DNA of 63,922 bases, counting the filler, from Craspedostauros australis (lineage: Eukaryota), in assembly GCA_030167865.1 (NCBI GenBank). It is 9 parts of 9 records of this genome, joined end to end, with 100 filler letters (N's around TTAATTAATTAA, not from the genome) between each part and the next. Parts side by side here need not be neighbours in the genome. Positions count along the whole stretch, not along the records: positions 1 to 28,607 come from JALAGF010002589.1; 8 more parts are not named here. One strand, 5' to 3'. Made by a program: the position numbers and the translations under genes. This document shows positions 13,030 through 27,243 of this stretch, piece after piece. The notes below the pieces were generated by a model. That model made no database searches. It worked only from the letters and a program-made list of their open reading frames with translations, and had not been told where the DNA came from. The number at the start of each line of letters is the position of its first letter. The stretch's first letter is position 1.

Positions 13030-14636
13030 ACGTGACGTGATGTCATGCAGCTGTGATTGTGATTGTGTACAGCAATACTCCCTTCGCTTGTCAGTATGAC
13101 CGTGATCGTGGTTGTGATCCTCACAGAGGAGTAAACGGCTCGGATAGGAGTGCCATGCTCAACCCTCTTCAGAGGAGTGATACTATACTTGTGACGCGGG
13201 TATGCATCATGCTGCCTGGCGGCTTCACGCCAAGAGAGTGGCGATCATCGCTTGCGGCGCTTCCACAAACAAGATCACGCAGGGGCGGAAAATGTGGAAG
13301 AAACCGCGAGGCAAGAACAGACAGGAATTTGCACGCCAACAAGAGTGGGTCGGCGCGTCTGGAAGGCATGGAAGTCCCCTCCGCGAGACCCAAAAGACCC
13401 TCCACAATGACCTGAGCGCGTCGCTTGGGCTCAATTGATATTCGCAAATCAATCGATCGAATCGTCCCGATGAATCCCGTTAGAGGGTCGATCGAGTCAA
13501 TTCCAAACTTGGATTCCAGAAATGAAAACGTCTTCGTCACGACACCGACGCCACGTCGGTACACTTCACATGATTAACAAGGTGTTGAACACCGGATCCT
13601 TTGGGCCAATCAACGTGCTGGGAACCATTCCCGCAGCCATCGAAAACGTGGAGACGGGCATGTTCTGCGTGTTGTCGCGACAGGACTGCCGTTGTTGCAT
13701 GGCGAACTTTACTCGTGTCGTGCACTCCAAGCGTGTATCGCCAAGAAAGGAACGTTTTTGTTGATGTGGCGAAGAATGGAAAAGAGGGAGACAAGCCGAG
13801 GGAATGGTGGCTGCGCCTTGTGTGCCGTTGTCGGCGCCGCCAGTTGGCCAGTTTTGAACTGAAACCATACATCACCACCGATTCAACACAGAACATCAAA
13901 GAAGCGCGCGACCTTGGTTGTCTTGGTTGTCTTGGACTGCATTGCGTCACGCTGCATTGCATCGAGGAGGTCGTTGTTTGATTGTGTTGATGGTCCAGTG
14001 CGGTCGTCGACCCACCACATACATCTCCACACCCATCAAAAACATCAAAGTCTTCACGAGCAGCCAAGCTGAATGCAACTCCGCTCACTTCTCAATCGAT
14101 TTGTCAAGTCGCCTCCATTCCTGCGCCCCCATTCCGCAAAGGTTCGAAGCAATTCCGAAACGCGAAGAACTTTTCAACTCCTTGACTTTGTGCGAGCGAA
14201 GATTCGGCAGGAGAGAGCGACCATCGGAACAACGGAAGCCTCAAGTGCGAAGATCACCCATCCAACAACATACGCGTACCAAGCACGCTACTATATCCTC
14301 ATAAAGCGGAACAGAGCGCAAGCGCAAAAGGAAGAGGTGAACTGGAGACAGCATCTGTACGATCCAAGAAGTAGAAGAAGAAGAAAAGGCACCAACCAAC
14401 TGCGGAAAGCCTTCAACAGAACAAGATTCATTTGAAAGGCAACGTGGAACACATTATCGACCTACTCGTACTGCCTGACACCCTCATCTGACAACGGCTC
14501 GCTTTGCAACGCAATCCCATCACTGCACAGCACAGCATTGTATTACGATAATACACCACGAAACAGTGTACTGAGTCGAGTTCAGCCAAGTTCAGCCGAG
14601 TGGAAAGAACATAACAGCTGCGAATCCCTGGTCAAC

Positions 14637-16800
14637 ATGGGACCTCGCAGACAGCAACAAACGGACCAGACGACTCTGCTCCATAGCAGCAGTGCGATCA
14701 TGTCCATCCTCCTGCTCTTCGGCAGTGCCGTGATCGTGACGACATCCGCAGCAAGCAACATCTCAGGACCGCAAGATTCCTTCCAGCAACCTGCCATGGA
14801 TTGGTCTCAGTCACCATACAAAATCGTAAGTTCTGACTGATTGCGTCATTGCTTGCGTGGTTGCTGCCCGTGATACAAACTTGGAGTGCAGTCGTACATG
14901 TAATACTTCATGCTTGTGCAGCATTCAACATCGCTGGTGCTTTGCTCTTTACTTCCTGCTGTGTATTATGTATTGTGCAATGTTTCATGCGCGCAACTTC
15001 CATGCAACACAATGGAACCTCATGTTGTCTTCATCTCACCATCTGTCTGCATCCTCCACTTGCGATCGGACGCTGCCGCGGGAACATTCTATGCACCAAT
15101 TGATGCCCACGCACATTCACACCCACGGTACGTAAATATATTAGATCATCGATGGTGGCTCGACGGGATCTCGACTGCGGGTCTTCGAATTCGTTGACAT
15201 GGACAGTGATGTAAAGATCAACGTGGGCATTGATGAGGACATGGGTGAGGAGCAACTGCCAATTCAAACACCAGCGAGGAATACGGAATGCATCTCAAGA
15301 GGGTCATTGAGCGTCAATATCCCCATGTCGTCATTCGGACGCTTGCAATCGGAGCAGCAACCACACTCTTCTCCCATCAACGCCACCGAGGTCGCCCAGC
15401 ACATCTTGCCGCTCTTCGACTACGCCTCAACGGTCATCCCACCTCAGTACTATAACTCCACGCGCGTCTTGTACCTAGCGACGGCGGGCATGCGATTGCT
15501 GGAGCCCGGCGAGCAGGAGGCAGTCTACGACGCGCTGCACGCTGGATTGTTGCAGACGCCATCATTTGTCTTTCGTAACCTGCAACGCACTGATCTGCGG
15601 ACGCTGAGCGGAGAGCTGGAGGGATTTTACGGTGCCATTGCGGTCAACTACCTCAAGGGCGTCATCAATACCAACCTCGAACTCACTGCAACAACAAACG
15701 AAGAGGAGGAAGCAGTCCAGGCGCCATCCCGGCAGACTGACAAAATTGACGAACAACAGCAACAACCCTTGGGTGCACTCGACATGGGTGGAAGCTCCAC
15801 CCAGATCGTGTTTTCCACCAGTGACGGTAATGAGAATAGCGCTGCTGCGGGTTCCAATGACGGTGACCAAACCTGCGGAACGAATTATGATTACACGGCC
15901 GAGGCGGATGCCTGCGTTGCACCGGGCGCCCAGCCATCCACGCTGCAGCATGACAACTTCTTCAAGACTTCGTACCTGTCGTACGGAGTGGATCAGTTCC
16001 GCCACCGAATGTACCGCGCGTGGATTGCCGAACGCCAACAGCAGCAGCAAGACGAACAGGACGAGGCGCGATGTGAGCAGCAACATGACGGCTCAGAGCA
16101 GCAGTGCCACAGCAACATAATATTCAACCCATGCGGCAACCCAGGCAACGAGCAGGAATATGAAGGGCATGTATTCCTGGGCACTGGAAACGTGGACGCA
16201 TGCGTTGCGCAGGTGAAACGCTTCATTCCGCATGCCAGTCTTCCACATGATGGCGATGCCGATTTCGAGACGGAACGCATGATCGGTGGCATTCAGCATC
16301 CGCCGATCCGAGGCAAGTTCCTGGCCATGTCTCTGTACTTCTTCGCGCTGGACAGCCTCCGCGTGTTCTCCGGAAACGAGATCTTGGAACGGACGTGGCC
16401 GACGCCGACCCTGAACGAGCTGCACGACGCGTTGGACGGTCTGTGTTCGCGTTCCTGGCACGACGATCTGAGCATCACGACAACGGATCACCGCTTCACG
16501 CGCCCCACATCGCTGCCCCATCGGTGCATGGAGAGCGTCTACATGACCACCCTGCTGCGCCACGGATACGGCTTCGACCCCGAGTCGCGGGACATCACGT
16601 TCACATTCTTGGTGAACGACAGCGAGGTCGAATGGACGTTGGGTATGGCGCTGGCCATGCACGCCGCGCCACCAAGCGCCAACGTGAAGCCGAAGCGAGC
16701 CGACGACACAGCGCGACGCAACGCGACCTACCATCGCAAGGCCGCAGAATTCGTTGCGCATTCCGCCATCCACACGCACTTTTATCCGGAGAGTCTGTGA
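14637..16800 (+). CDS. Apyrase / nucleoside triphosphate diphosphohydrolase (GDA1/CD39 family), 2 exons, ~614 aa
   Basis: Exons 14637-14825 and 15145-16800 (GT-AG, phase 0) restore ACR1 YKIIIDGGSTGSR. Also ACR2 ATAGMRLL, ACR3 GELEGFYGAIAVNY, ACR4 GALDMGGSSTQI and ACR5 WTLG. Hydrophobic signal-like segment MSILLLFGSAVIVTTSAA (alternative ATG at 14700). Confidence 0.92.
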
Positions 16801-17325
16801 TGCAATTGCAAACCGTGCTTGAGTGAATAACGTATAACGCAGTGTATGGTGTGGTATGGTATGGGAACTGTATGTTATTGTAGCAGACTTGTGTAATAGT
16901 CGTAGTATGGCACTATCTCTCTGAATCACTCGCGTTCGGTTGTGCAAGACGAAGCCGAACCCTGGGCGGATGAATGAACAGGAAAGATTGCACATCACGG
17001 ACATGCTTGTTTCCTGCACAGGCGACGTGGGCTGACGTGTGAGTTTCTTCTTTGTGACGTCACACTTGAACAAGAACAGAACAAAGTTCGCGATTTTGGG
17101 ACGCAACGCAACTGCAACAGATGGATGCAGTTGCATTACATTCCAGAAGCAACACGCAGATCAACAATGAGACAGAGCGGAAGGATAGATGCACAATTGC
17201 AATACTCAACCGACCGATCTGGATTGAAGGCTCCGTCATAAAATCCAAACTCATCAAGGTGATAATAGCAGATATCATCCCCTGCAATCTCCACCACTCC
17301 ATACTGGATTCAACTAGTAGAGTCT

Positions 17326-17369
17326 GACTATACAAGGACTATACAAGGACTATACAAGGACTACACAAG
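17326..17369. repeat. 11-bp tandem repeat (GACTATACAAG)x4 directly before the PEPC start codon
   Basis: Three perfect copies plus one GACTACACAAG, ending just before ATG 17371. Confidence 0.85.
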
Positions 17370-17370
17370 G

Positions 17371-20300
17371 ATGATCTCCAGAATGATCTGCATGAGGCAT
17401 GGCCGCGCCATCGGCGGAGCCGCCGCCTCTCGCATCATGGCGTTGCGCCACCCCGTGCGTTCCACCACAGCAACCGCAACAACGGCGCTCACGTCGCTGC
17501 GCACCTTGAGCAGCATGCGAGAGCCGCTGTCCCTGTTCGAACGCAACGACGCCGACAATGGCGCGCCGCAATCCGCCGCACACGACTACGACGCCATCCT
17601 GCGCAAGGACGTGCGCACCATGGGCAGCCTGCTGGGCGAGATCATCCGCAAATCGGAGGGCGATCACATCCTGCATCTCATCGAGGAACTGCGCGGCAAG
17701 GCCAAGGCCTGGCGCGAGGAGGGCAACGCCGAGGCCTTCGAGAGCCTCACGCAGGCCTGTTCCAAGCTCACGACGAAGGAGCTTCACGTCATCGCAAGGG
17801 CCTTCACGCACTTTCTGGCCATGGCCAATGCGGCAGAATCGCATCATCGCGTCCGCGTCGTCAACCAGCGCAAGCAGTACGATGGCGCGCAGAGCGAGGA
17901 CATCAATGCTCTGTTCAACAAGGACGATTCGTGCGTTGGGGTCCTGCAGGATCTCATCCATGTCCACCATCTCACGCCGCAGAAGGTCGCCGAGCAGCTG
18001 GCGGAACAGCAGGTCGAGCTCGTTCTCACGGCGCATCCTACCGAAGTCAATCGCAAGACGACTTTGGAGAAGCAATGGAGGATTCAGAAGGTACGTATTT
18101 AATATGCATGCTTGCATACATGCTTGCATGTATCGGTGGTTGGTGGACTTGCTTGTTGGTCTACGTATTAATGAGATATCTGTGATCATTACAACGTGGT
18201 GTTGAGCTCTGCCAGACCTTTCAATCAAATATTAATTTATTTGGGATCGTCGTCATCATTCATTCATGATGCCTTCGAAGCATGCAAACGCCTGGACCGA
18301 TGCATTCACTCGCTCACTCACTCACTCACTCGACCTCCCATTCAACCACCCAATCATGTCCAATCATGTCCAACAACCAGATTCTCAACATGACGGACGA
18401 GCTGCGATTCCGCAACACCAGCACCAAGTACGAGGAGAAGCAACTGGACGACGCCTTGAAGCGCGAGCTCTCCTCCCTCTGGTTGTCCGACGAGGTCTCG
18501 CGCACCAAACCCACGCCCGAAGGCGAGGCCGAACGCGGCACGCTCATCATCGAGAACGTCCTGTGGGAGGCCCTGCCCACCTTCCTGCGCAAACTCAATG
18601 CGACGCTCGAAGCCCATTCGCCCGAGGCCCGGTTGCCGCTCACGGCCGCGCCCCTCATCTTCTCCAGCTGGATGGGTGGAGACCGCGACGGCAATCCCAA
18701 CGTCACGGCCCGCACGACGCAGACGGTGTGTCTCAGACAGCGTGCGCAGGCGGCCTGGCTCATAAGGCGGGACATGCAGCGGTTGGAACGCGAGCTGTCC
18801 CTCACGTCGTGCTCGGACGAGCTGCACGAGGTCATCCGCGGCGACCGCACGCGCGAGCCATACCGCACCTTGATCCGCCGCATCGTTGCCAAGCTGAAGC
18901 GCACGCAGCAGTGGGCCGTGGAGCAGGGCAAGCTCACGCAGAGCAGCGCGGAGCATTACGCCATCCAGCAACCCAACACGACGGTGAGCGATGGCACCAG
19001 CGTCTACCTTGACAAGCAGGACCTTCTCGATGAGCTCCTCCTCATGCACCGCTCGCTGTGCGACATGGGTGACGACCTGCATGCGGATGGATTGCTGACG
19101 GACATCCTGGCGAACGTGTCGTCCTTCGGCCTCACGATGGCGAAGCTCGACATCCGCCAGGAATCGGATCGTCACCAGGAAGCGCTCGATGCCATCACTC
19201 GCTATCTGGGACTGGGCAGCTACGACCAGTGGGACGAAGACACGAAGCTCAACTGGCTGCAGCAGCAGCTCAGCTCCAAGCGTCCCCTCATCCGTCCGGG
19301 TGCCTGGAACGAGCACAAGGACATCTTCTCCGACACCGCCATCGACACCCTGGAGACCTTCCAGATGATCGCGCACCAGTTCGAAGGCAGCCTCGGTGCC
19401 TACGTCATCAGCCAATGCACGAGCGCCAGCGACATCCTCGCGGTGCTCCTTCTGCAGCGCGATGCCGGAGTCGCCAAGCCTCTGCGCGTCGTGCCGCTGT
19501 TCGAAACGTTGGATGATCTGGATGGTGCCACCGACACCATGCGCACCCTCTTCCAAACGCCAGCCTACACGGGCAGCATCGGCGGCAAGCAGGAGGTCAT
19601 GATCGGGTACTCCGATTCCGCCAAGGATGCCGGTCGCATGGCCGCGAGCTGGGCGCAGTACGAAACGCAGGAGGCGTTGGCCAAGCTGGCACGTGACATG
19701 GGCGTCGACATGACCTTCTTCCACGGCAAGGGCGGCACGGTTGGCAGGGGTGGCAATCCACAAACCTTCCTGGCCATCTTGGCGCACGCCCCGGGCACCA
19801 TCAACGGCCAATTCCGCGTGACGGAACAAGGCGAGATGATCCACCAGAACTTCGGTCACAAGGATAGGGCCGAGCGCACCATGGACATCTACACGGCGGC
19901 CGTCTTGGCCGAGAAGCTCGCCGAGCGACCCACACCGACGAAGGAGTGGCGCGACATGATGTCCCGACTGTCGGAGATCAGCTGCGACGCTTACCGCAAG
20001 GTCGTGCGCGAAGACGATCGATTCGTTCCCTACTTCCGTTCCGCCACGCCCGAGCTCGAGCTGTCGAATCTGAACATCGGCTCGCGGCCAGCCAAGCGCA
20101 AAGCGTCCGGCGGCGTCGAAAGTCTGCGGGCGATCCCGTGGAACTTCTCCTGGACTCAGACCCGCCTCAACCTTCCCACGTGGCTTGGAATCGGCCAGGC
20201 GATCGATGAGGTGCTGCAGTCACCCGATGCTGACAAGCTCAAGGACATGTACAAGAACTGGGGGTCATTCCGCACGACCATCGATCTGGTGGAGATGGTC

Positions 20301-20636
20301 CTCGCCAAATCAGAGCCAGGCATCGCGGCGCACTACGACAACCAGCTGGTCAAGGACCCGAAGGCTCAGGAGCTCGGCAACGAAGTGCGTAAACTGCACC
20401 GGTCGACGGAGCAGGCCATCCTCAGCCTGACGGGACACGAGGTGCTCAGCGAGAACAACACCGTGCTGAGACGCCTGCTGCAGGTTCGCAACCCGTACGT
20501 CGATGTCCTCAATGTCCTGCAGGCAGAGACCCTGCAACGAATCCGAGAACCTCATGAGAAGGAAGACAAGATGCTGAAGGATGCCCTGCTCACCACGATC
20601 ACTGGAATCGCGAACGGAATGGGAAACACAGGTTAG
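17371..20636 (+). CDS. PEPC: Phosphoenolpyruvate carboxylase, probably mitochondrion-targeted (diatom PEPC2-like), 2 exons, ~991 aa
   Basis: Exons 17371-18090 and 18381-20636 (GT-AG, phase 0). Motifs VLTAHPTE, SWMGGDRDGNPNVT, QEVMIGYSDSAKDAG, FHGKGGTVGRGG, SLRAIPW and C-terminal GMGNTG. The N-terminus is rich in Arg/Ser/Thr/Ala and free of acidic residues, like a mitochondrial presequence. Confidence 0.97.
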
Positions 20637-23600
20637 ATGCCGACGAGAAAAGAGATGAATGGCGGTTCAAAGAGGCGGCAGAAATGAATGCTGTGTACTG
20701 GAGGCTGCAAAAAGTGAAGCACGGCTTCACACAACTTTTTCTCCAGCAACCACGACTCCTGGTTCATGTTCCTGCATCACGTCTCGTCACCACCGCAGCG
20801 GCAGGCAAGACAGGTGGCTGTCGAGTGCGCTGCTCGTGCCTGCACGCGATGGCGAGGTCATGTGTGGCGGTGTGATCTGTCCGGTTCCATGATGCGCGTT
20901 GATCGTACATGTACTTGTGCCACACCGATACTACAGGCACGAACAATGCACGTGTACCACACCATAATCGCACCCCAGAGTAGAGGGACGGCTGCCGGCA
21001 TCGCTTGGGTAGTGGGGCGGCACAAGCAGGACCACTCCCCGAATACAATAAGCAAATGTAGAACGCCGATGTTAGATGACGCTTCTTTGTTGCCACCACG
21101 GGATCATGGCAGCATCAAAACAATACTTCAACAATTCCAGTCTAGTGCACATGCTTCGTATTCCACAAGCCAAGATTCGCCTCTTGGCTCCAATAATACT
21201 TGATCAAACAGGTACCGCCATGTTTCTGTCATGACCCATCACGAAAAGCTGCGATTCGGTCAATGGGCGCAGACTGCGGGAAGAGTCAAGCCCTCCGCGG
21301 AAGATTCCGACCATCATGGTTGGAACGCCTCTGCGCCAGACACGATTGTTGTCTTGGGTGGGTTTGTCAATGGCTATCATCAAATGCGAAAAATCCTCCG
21401 AGGCCTGCATCATCATCAACAACAACAACAACGATGAATGTCATTCGATGAGCAGGTGGAACAGGCGGAGCAGATGGGGCCAGTCGGGACGAACATGCGA
21501 ACGACCTCAAGTACAAGAACAAGAACAACCCGAAGCAGAAGCTCTGAGTATACTCAAGGCAGGTGATGAAGCGAAACGCTGCGCGCAAGTACGTCCTGGG
21601 TCAGAAGAGCACAGCAAGCACGGATAGAGTATTCTGGAGCGCCTTGCGCAGGGCAGAGTGAGCGTTCTATCGGCACAGGCGCTCCATGTGCAACGGAGCC
21701 GCTTGGTTGGAGTGGCGCAGTACCGGAAGAATGCCATGGGGCCACGGGTTCGGCTGAGGCATAGATGCAGGAACATGCACAGAACTGTTAATGATGGTTT
21801 TGGGCGTGTGGGTTCGGGCGAGAGAAACCTGTCGGAATGGGGCAGAACTGGAAACGATGTGGGAGGATTGCTTTGGGCCTGTGAGGAAATGCGCGGGTCG
21901 CCTTCCCTTCAGTGGCTGTCCGCATTTTCGTGTGCCCAAGCCCACCGCCCTGCATCGATGCTCGCACCACCACCCTCCCAGGATACGCAACCGTCATCAT
22001 TGGCGCCACTCGCGATCGTCAGGCGAGGGATGCTGGTGCGACATGATCATCCAATTTTTTTGTGATGATCGAGTTTGGCCGGGAGGACAGATGAGGATCT
22101 AATCTGTCACGGTCACCTCCTTCCGTCTCCATCCATGGCGCGATCTTTAGTGATGGTGACAGTCACGCACCAGCCAACCTTTCCGAGTAAGCGGAAACAA
22201 GCTGGATGGCAATCCCAGTGATGTTTTCACGTCCTTGGGCAAGATATCAGCAAGACAGACTATACTCCCCACCACAGTCACGATAAATGAAGACACGATC
22301 GCAGACACGCAATCGCCAAACTGACTCCATTGGAGGATAGGAATGGGTTTACGGACGAGCACCACACCAAGACAGGATGGAGCGAGAGATGCCAGCGGCA
22401 GGGATCGTTCTGGTAGCTTCTCACCAGTTCCCCCTATCTTGCGCGACTCTCTGCATTCTTCCATGGGTGTCTCCTCGCCAGGATTGGCACCAAACTCCCA
22501 CCACTGCTCGGCCCTGCCACAGCACACTTGCCATGCTGTATAGCACAGTAAAAATAGTGCCTGTACCTCGTGCCAATCTCAGATGATTCCACACCCAAAT
22601 AATCCCCCGAAACGAACCATCCAGACACTAACTCCTGCAATGTGCCAGCAAGGCAGTTTGTGCCTTGGCCTTTGTGGACAACGAGCACACAAGTACAAGT
22701 ACAAGCACCAACACCAACACCAACAAACACGCAAGTATAGTATTCTACAAGAGAGCACGAGTACTCGCAGTCGCACGGGTGTTTGTCACATTGTCCTCTT
22801 TCGCGCTCGTAGCTTGCATGGGCCGTGCAACGGAACCTATGAAGACTTGGTTCCCTTTTCGTGCCCTGTTCCGTTCCTGACACCAACGCCACGTTAAGTT
22901 TTTAACCACCGAGATCACAATTATCGCCCAAGCAGGTGCAGCTTCCAACATTGTACTCTCTACAGTTATCATCAACAAGCCTCCACATTTGACGTCGACA
23001 TTTGGTTGTGGAAACAGTACCCCAAATCCATGGTGCTCAGTTATTCTTCATGTGGACATTCCTTGCGGGGAGAAGAAGCCTTGGACGAGAAAGGACTCCG
23101 TCACATGCAGCCAACAGCCACGTGCATCCAGAAACACTCTCGTGCCCATCCACATGTGGACGATTGCATGCCATGGTGCGAGTGTGACAAACGGGCTACT
23201 TACTCGTCTCATTCATCACTTCCGTGACTCTCTATCGTTGCTCTCAACAAACAGAAGGGTAAAGTTGTGTGGGACAAACAGAGGAGAAAGGCTGTTTCGA
23301 CGATGCGGAATGGCGAGAACGTTTATCAACTCAGCAAAATAGCCCAGTCTCGCCCACACTGCACAAGGAGTCGAGATCACAGGAAACCATGACCAACTTT
23401 GTCCCTATGATGAGCAATTGTCCGAGTAACATTACCATCATGTTGTGGTCGGTGAAATGTCCGCACGATCATTGACATTCTGTATAGGTAGTTGACGCTC
23501 ATCGCCTTGTTCGCCTATCTGCAACCAACGCTTCGCAACGCTGCTTTGAATGTCCAACAGCGATTCCATCCAAGAACAGAAAAATAACAATGGCAATAAT

Positions 23601-24925
23601 AACAATGTCAACCGCGACAAAGAACGACTGTTGTGTCTTGGTAGTCACGTAAATACTTCTACGCTGACCGGCCAATGCAACTAATGAGAAGCTCACAGTT
23701 CTCGTTTTATTGACGAAACACTTTCATGCACGAGCGACACACACTTTTTCTCCTGTTGCTTCTCCAATTCCGAGACACAGAGCACCTGCCTTCCGCCTTC
23801 TGCTCTTGTCGGTTGTCGCCATGTACGCAGGGCCAGCATTCGAACTACTATCTAACAATACTCACTCGTGTCCGCCACTCAGGGCTTCCCTTGGTGCTAT
23901 CAAACCAAGACCGTTGCGCTACTCAGCGCTCCATGATGCGCGAGGTTGATGTTTCTTTCATGATTGTGTGACATGATAAAAGCACGTCCGCGGGTTTGGA
24001 TGAGCCGATGAGCGGATGACGTTGTGTGGGAGCGCTAGTGCAAATGGAGGCTTCGATGAATGAATGGTTGTCGTTGGCGCTGCCGATGCCTTGGGTTGCT
24101 GCCGTTGTTTCAGTTGCCTACTATTACTGGCGGTGGTGACGGATGAACATAGTCGTACGAGCTGCTCGTACATGCCTCGTGGAGCATAACAGCGGTGGTT
24201 CGAAACTTCAGGAGAGGCTGGTTAAACGACAATCATAGTCAAGGAAGCCCGGACCGGTTGCTGGTGCGGCGCATGTTCTTCGTTCCTCCTTGGTTTGGCA
24301 TCCCTCATCTTTTCCTCCCGCTGGTCCATGCTCAATACACGAGGGCGATGCAACGAGAAACGAAGCCTCAGAAGCCTCCGAAGCCCTAACATTTCTCAAC
24401 CCACCATCCGATTGACAGAAGGACATCAGTCCCTCATTCGTTCTTGTGGGACATCTCTGCTACCTGTCTTCGCCTCTTTTTGTGCCTCTGCCAATACGCC
24501 GACTTTTCGTCACAAATGCCGAAGAGGACCCTCCGCGACTGCCATACAGCCGCCACTCGTCCACGTACCACACCACCGCGCTTCCGCTCGACACGGCTCT
24601 GCCGCTCAGGCCGGTGGTCTTCTGGTACCACAATCACGACAGCCACCGTAATCACAACCACAATCACAATCACAGCCGCAACCGCGTCGACAACCACAAT
24701 CACAATCGCTCTTTCACACTCGGGTCCACAACTAGATTCACATTCACCACCACGATCGCGTGATGCCAACCGCGGGCATCTCTCTGCAGCCATTCGCGAC
24801 ATCCACGATCACCGATCGCTCATTTGTGCAGGCGAGACCTTCGCACAAATAACATTGCCGACACCTTTGCCCGCACAGGTGCCATACAATTCCTCTTACG
24901 CACCAGCAAACCACAACGAAACGAG

Positions 24926-27243
24926 ATGATGAACAGACCTGCTCCAGACGATGATGACAACGACAATGATGCCGTCGGAAAGGGGATTGCATCGGTCGAG
25001 ACCTCTACCGGAGGCAAGCACGTTGGCTTGCCATCCTCGTCGATGGCGGAAACGGCAACTGCGGCGGCTTCATCGTCGTCATCGCTGTCATCATCGAAAA
25101 CGACGACCGATACGCAGCAAGTGGAGTACATCGAAGACATCCGACCCCAGGACGTGCTCCTTGGTCGAGGAGCTGGGCCAAACGAGCATCCTGGCAACGT
25201 TGCGTTTCGAATGATGGTGAAGCAGCACAAGAAGCGATACGTGAAGACAAACAATCGCAAGGTCAAGAACACAATTGCGCATGAAGTGATCACATTCATT
25301 CGGAAGAACCGAGGTCGGTTCCTCGAAAAGGCGACAGGCCCGCAGGGTGGAGAGCTGTACGTCGAAGCACATTCAAGGATCGGTAAGTTTTTGTGTCGCT
25401 GCTCCGGTATTCCTGGGAGAATGATTCGAAATTGGTTGGTTGATTGGCTGATTGTTGGGCTGTCGCAGGCTTGGACAGTGTAATTGGTTGATGGGGCGAT
25501 GTGAATGCCCCGAAGATCTCGGTGATCGTCACGTTCGAAGGATCGCAAGGGTTGAGAGGAAGCGCACACTTCTCGAAATGATGTTGAACTGATCACATCG
25601 GAATTCGGCAAGTACCCGCGTCCGCTAGGTCCAGGCTGCCCATTGTGCCAATTGTGGAGCACGTGGGAACAAGCGTACTAGTATACAGAAGCATGAACAC
25701 GTAAATGCACACATGCACACATGCATTGCTCAAATGCCAAGCGATGAATCATCACATGTTTCGTCACGATGCACCATGTTTGGATGTACAAAGCTGATAC
25801 CGGCAATGCCCCATATTCCCCTCTTCTCACCAACTCATGCTGTACCGACATACTCGTCATCTCTGACTCTCGGCTCTTGAATCTCCTCGCTGGCCATGCT
25901 ATCCACACCATGCCATACCATGCCAACAAATGCTCCTCCCAGTCCTAGAGAAAACGAAACAGGCACTCAGGCATGTTGACCGTGGAAGTATCAACGCAGG
26001 TGTCAGCGGATCGAACCCCGCTGACGATCCAAACGCCATGAGCGATTCATGCACCAAAGAAGGCAACCTCATGGCGGAGGCATTGGCGTTGGCAACATCG
26101 GATGGCGGGAAGGGCATCACGCCAACCAACCTGCCCTTACATATGCAGAATCTCGCCTCGCAATCCATCCACAAGGTTCCATCACCAAAGACACAGCTTT
26201 TCACGAACGCATCAATCACTGCCGCGTTGTCGCAGCCAGGACAGCCTGCGCTTCCACCACAGGCACTCCAATTCGGCTCCACCGCATCGAATGCAGTTGG
26301 TTTGCGGAAGTCGTCTCTTGAAGACATAACGCATTCCAGGATGCTGCAGGCTGAGATACTGGCCAGACAAAGACAGCAACTGCTGCAACAACAACAGCAC
26401 ACGATGCAAGGTCGTGAAGAAAATCAGGTTCATCAACTTCAGCACCCGAAGAGAGACCAGGAACAATCGCAGCATCCAAAGCATCACGAACCACAAGGAC
26501 AGCAGGCACAGCTGCACGCGCAGATTCGAGCCTTGCTTCTCAACCAACAGGCCAACGTTTCTCCAGGAAGCAGCGGTCTGGATTCAGTGCAACGTCTTCT
26601 GGAATCGACTGAGAGAATACGTCAGATCGATGCATTGCTGATGAACTCATTAAATCCTTCTCAGCAACCGAACGCGCAATCGCATGCAACGGTACCAACA
26701 TCGTCGGTGGCGGCGGCAACACCGACAATGCCTGCGGCAGCTGCGGCTGCCAGTGCACAGCCGCGCCAAGATGCGGTATCTGCTCTTGTCACATCGGCGT
26801 CCATGCAAATGGCTCTGCGCCTGGGCATCTTGTCACTGTCCGCAGCGGCAGGAAATGGGCATGGTACGCCATTGGCACAAAGTGCCGCAACTGGGACAGC
26901 AACGACTGCGACGGCACTTCAGACCCCAAACACAAACCCAGCCTCAACCTCAAACTCAGCCACTGCGGCATCTCTGCTTCGGCAGGCACAGGCATTGGGT
27001 ACATCCAATCCACTGGCGCAAGTCGGTGGAGTTCCGGGTGCATTATCACTTGCTCATGGTGTCGTACATTCACCCACTCCAGCAACATCAACCTCCACGC
27101 CCGGATTGGCGCTGGGCTTGCCACCAGCTCCAGCATCCACACAGGCAACAGACATGCCTGGAGCAACAAGTCATTCAACCCAGGACGGCGAACAGGCAAG
27201 GCAGGATCTGCTTGAGAGGCTGAGACGAATCCGTGACGCGTAG
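24926..27243 (+). CDS. DUF6824-domain protein with Gln/Ala-rich C-terminal region, 2 exons, ~585 aa
   Basis: Exons 24926-25382 and 25943-27243 (GT-AG, phase 1) join DVLLGRG...HPGNVAFR...GRFL to VLEKTKQALR, the typical diatom DUF6824 pattern. The tail is low-complexity. Confidence 0.85.

Noticed and set aside
18354..19859. Long antisense ORFs (501 aa here; also 55890-57062, 1112-1825, 10345-11118 and 16093-17136)
   Set aside because: They are shadows of GC3-rich real genes on the opposite strand and contain no recognisable motifs.
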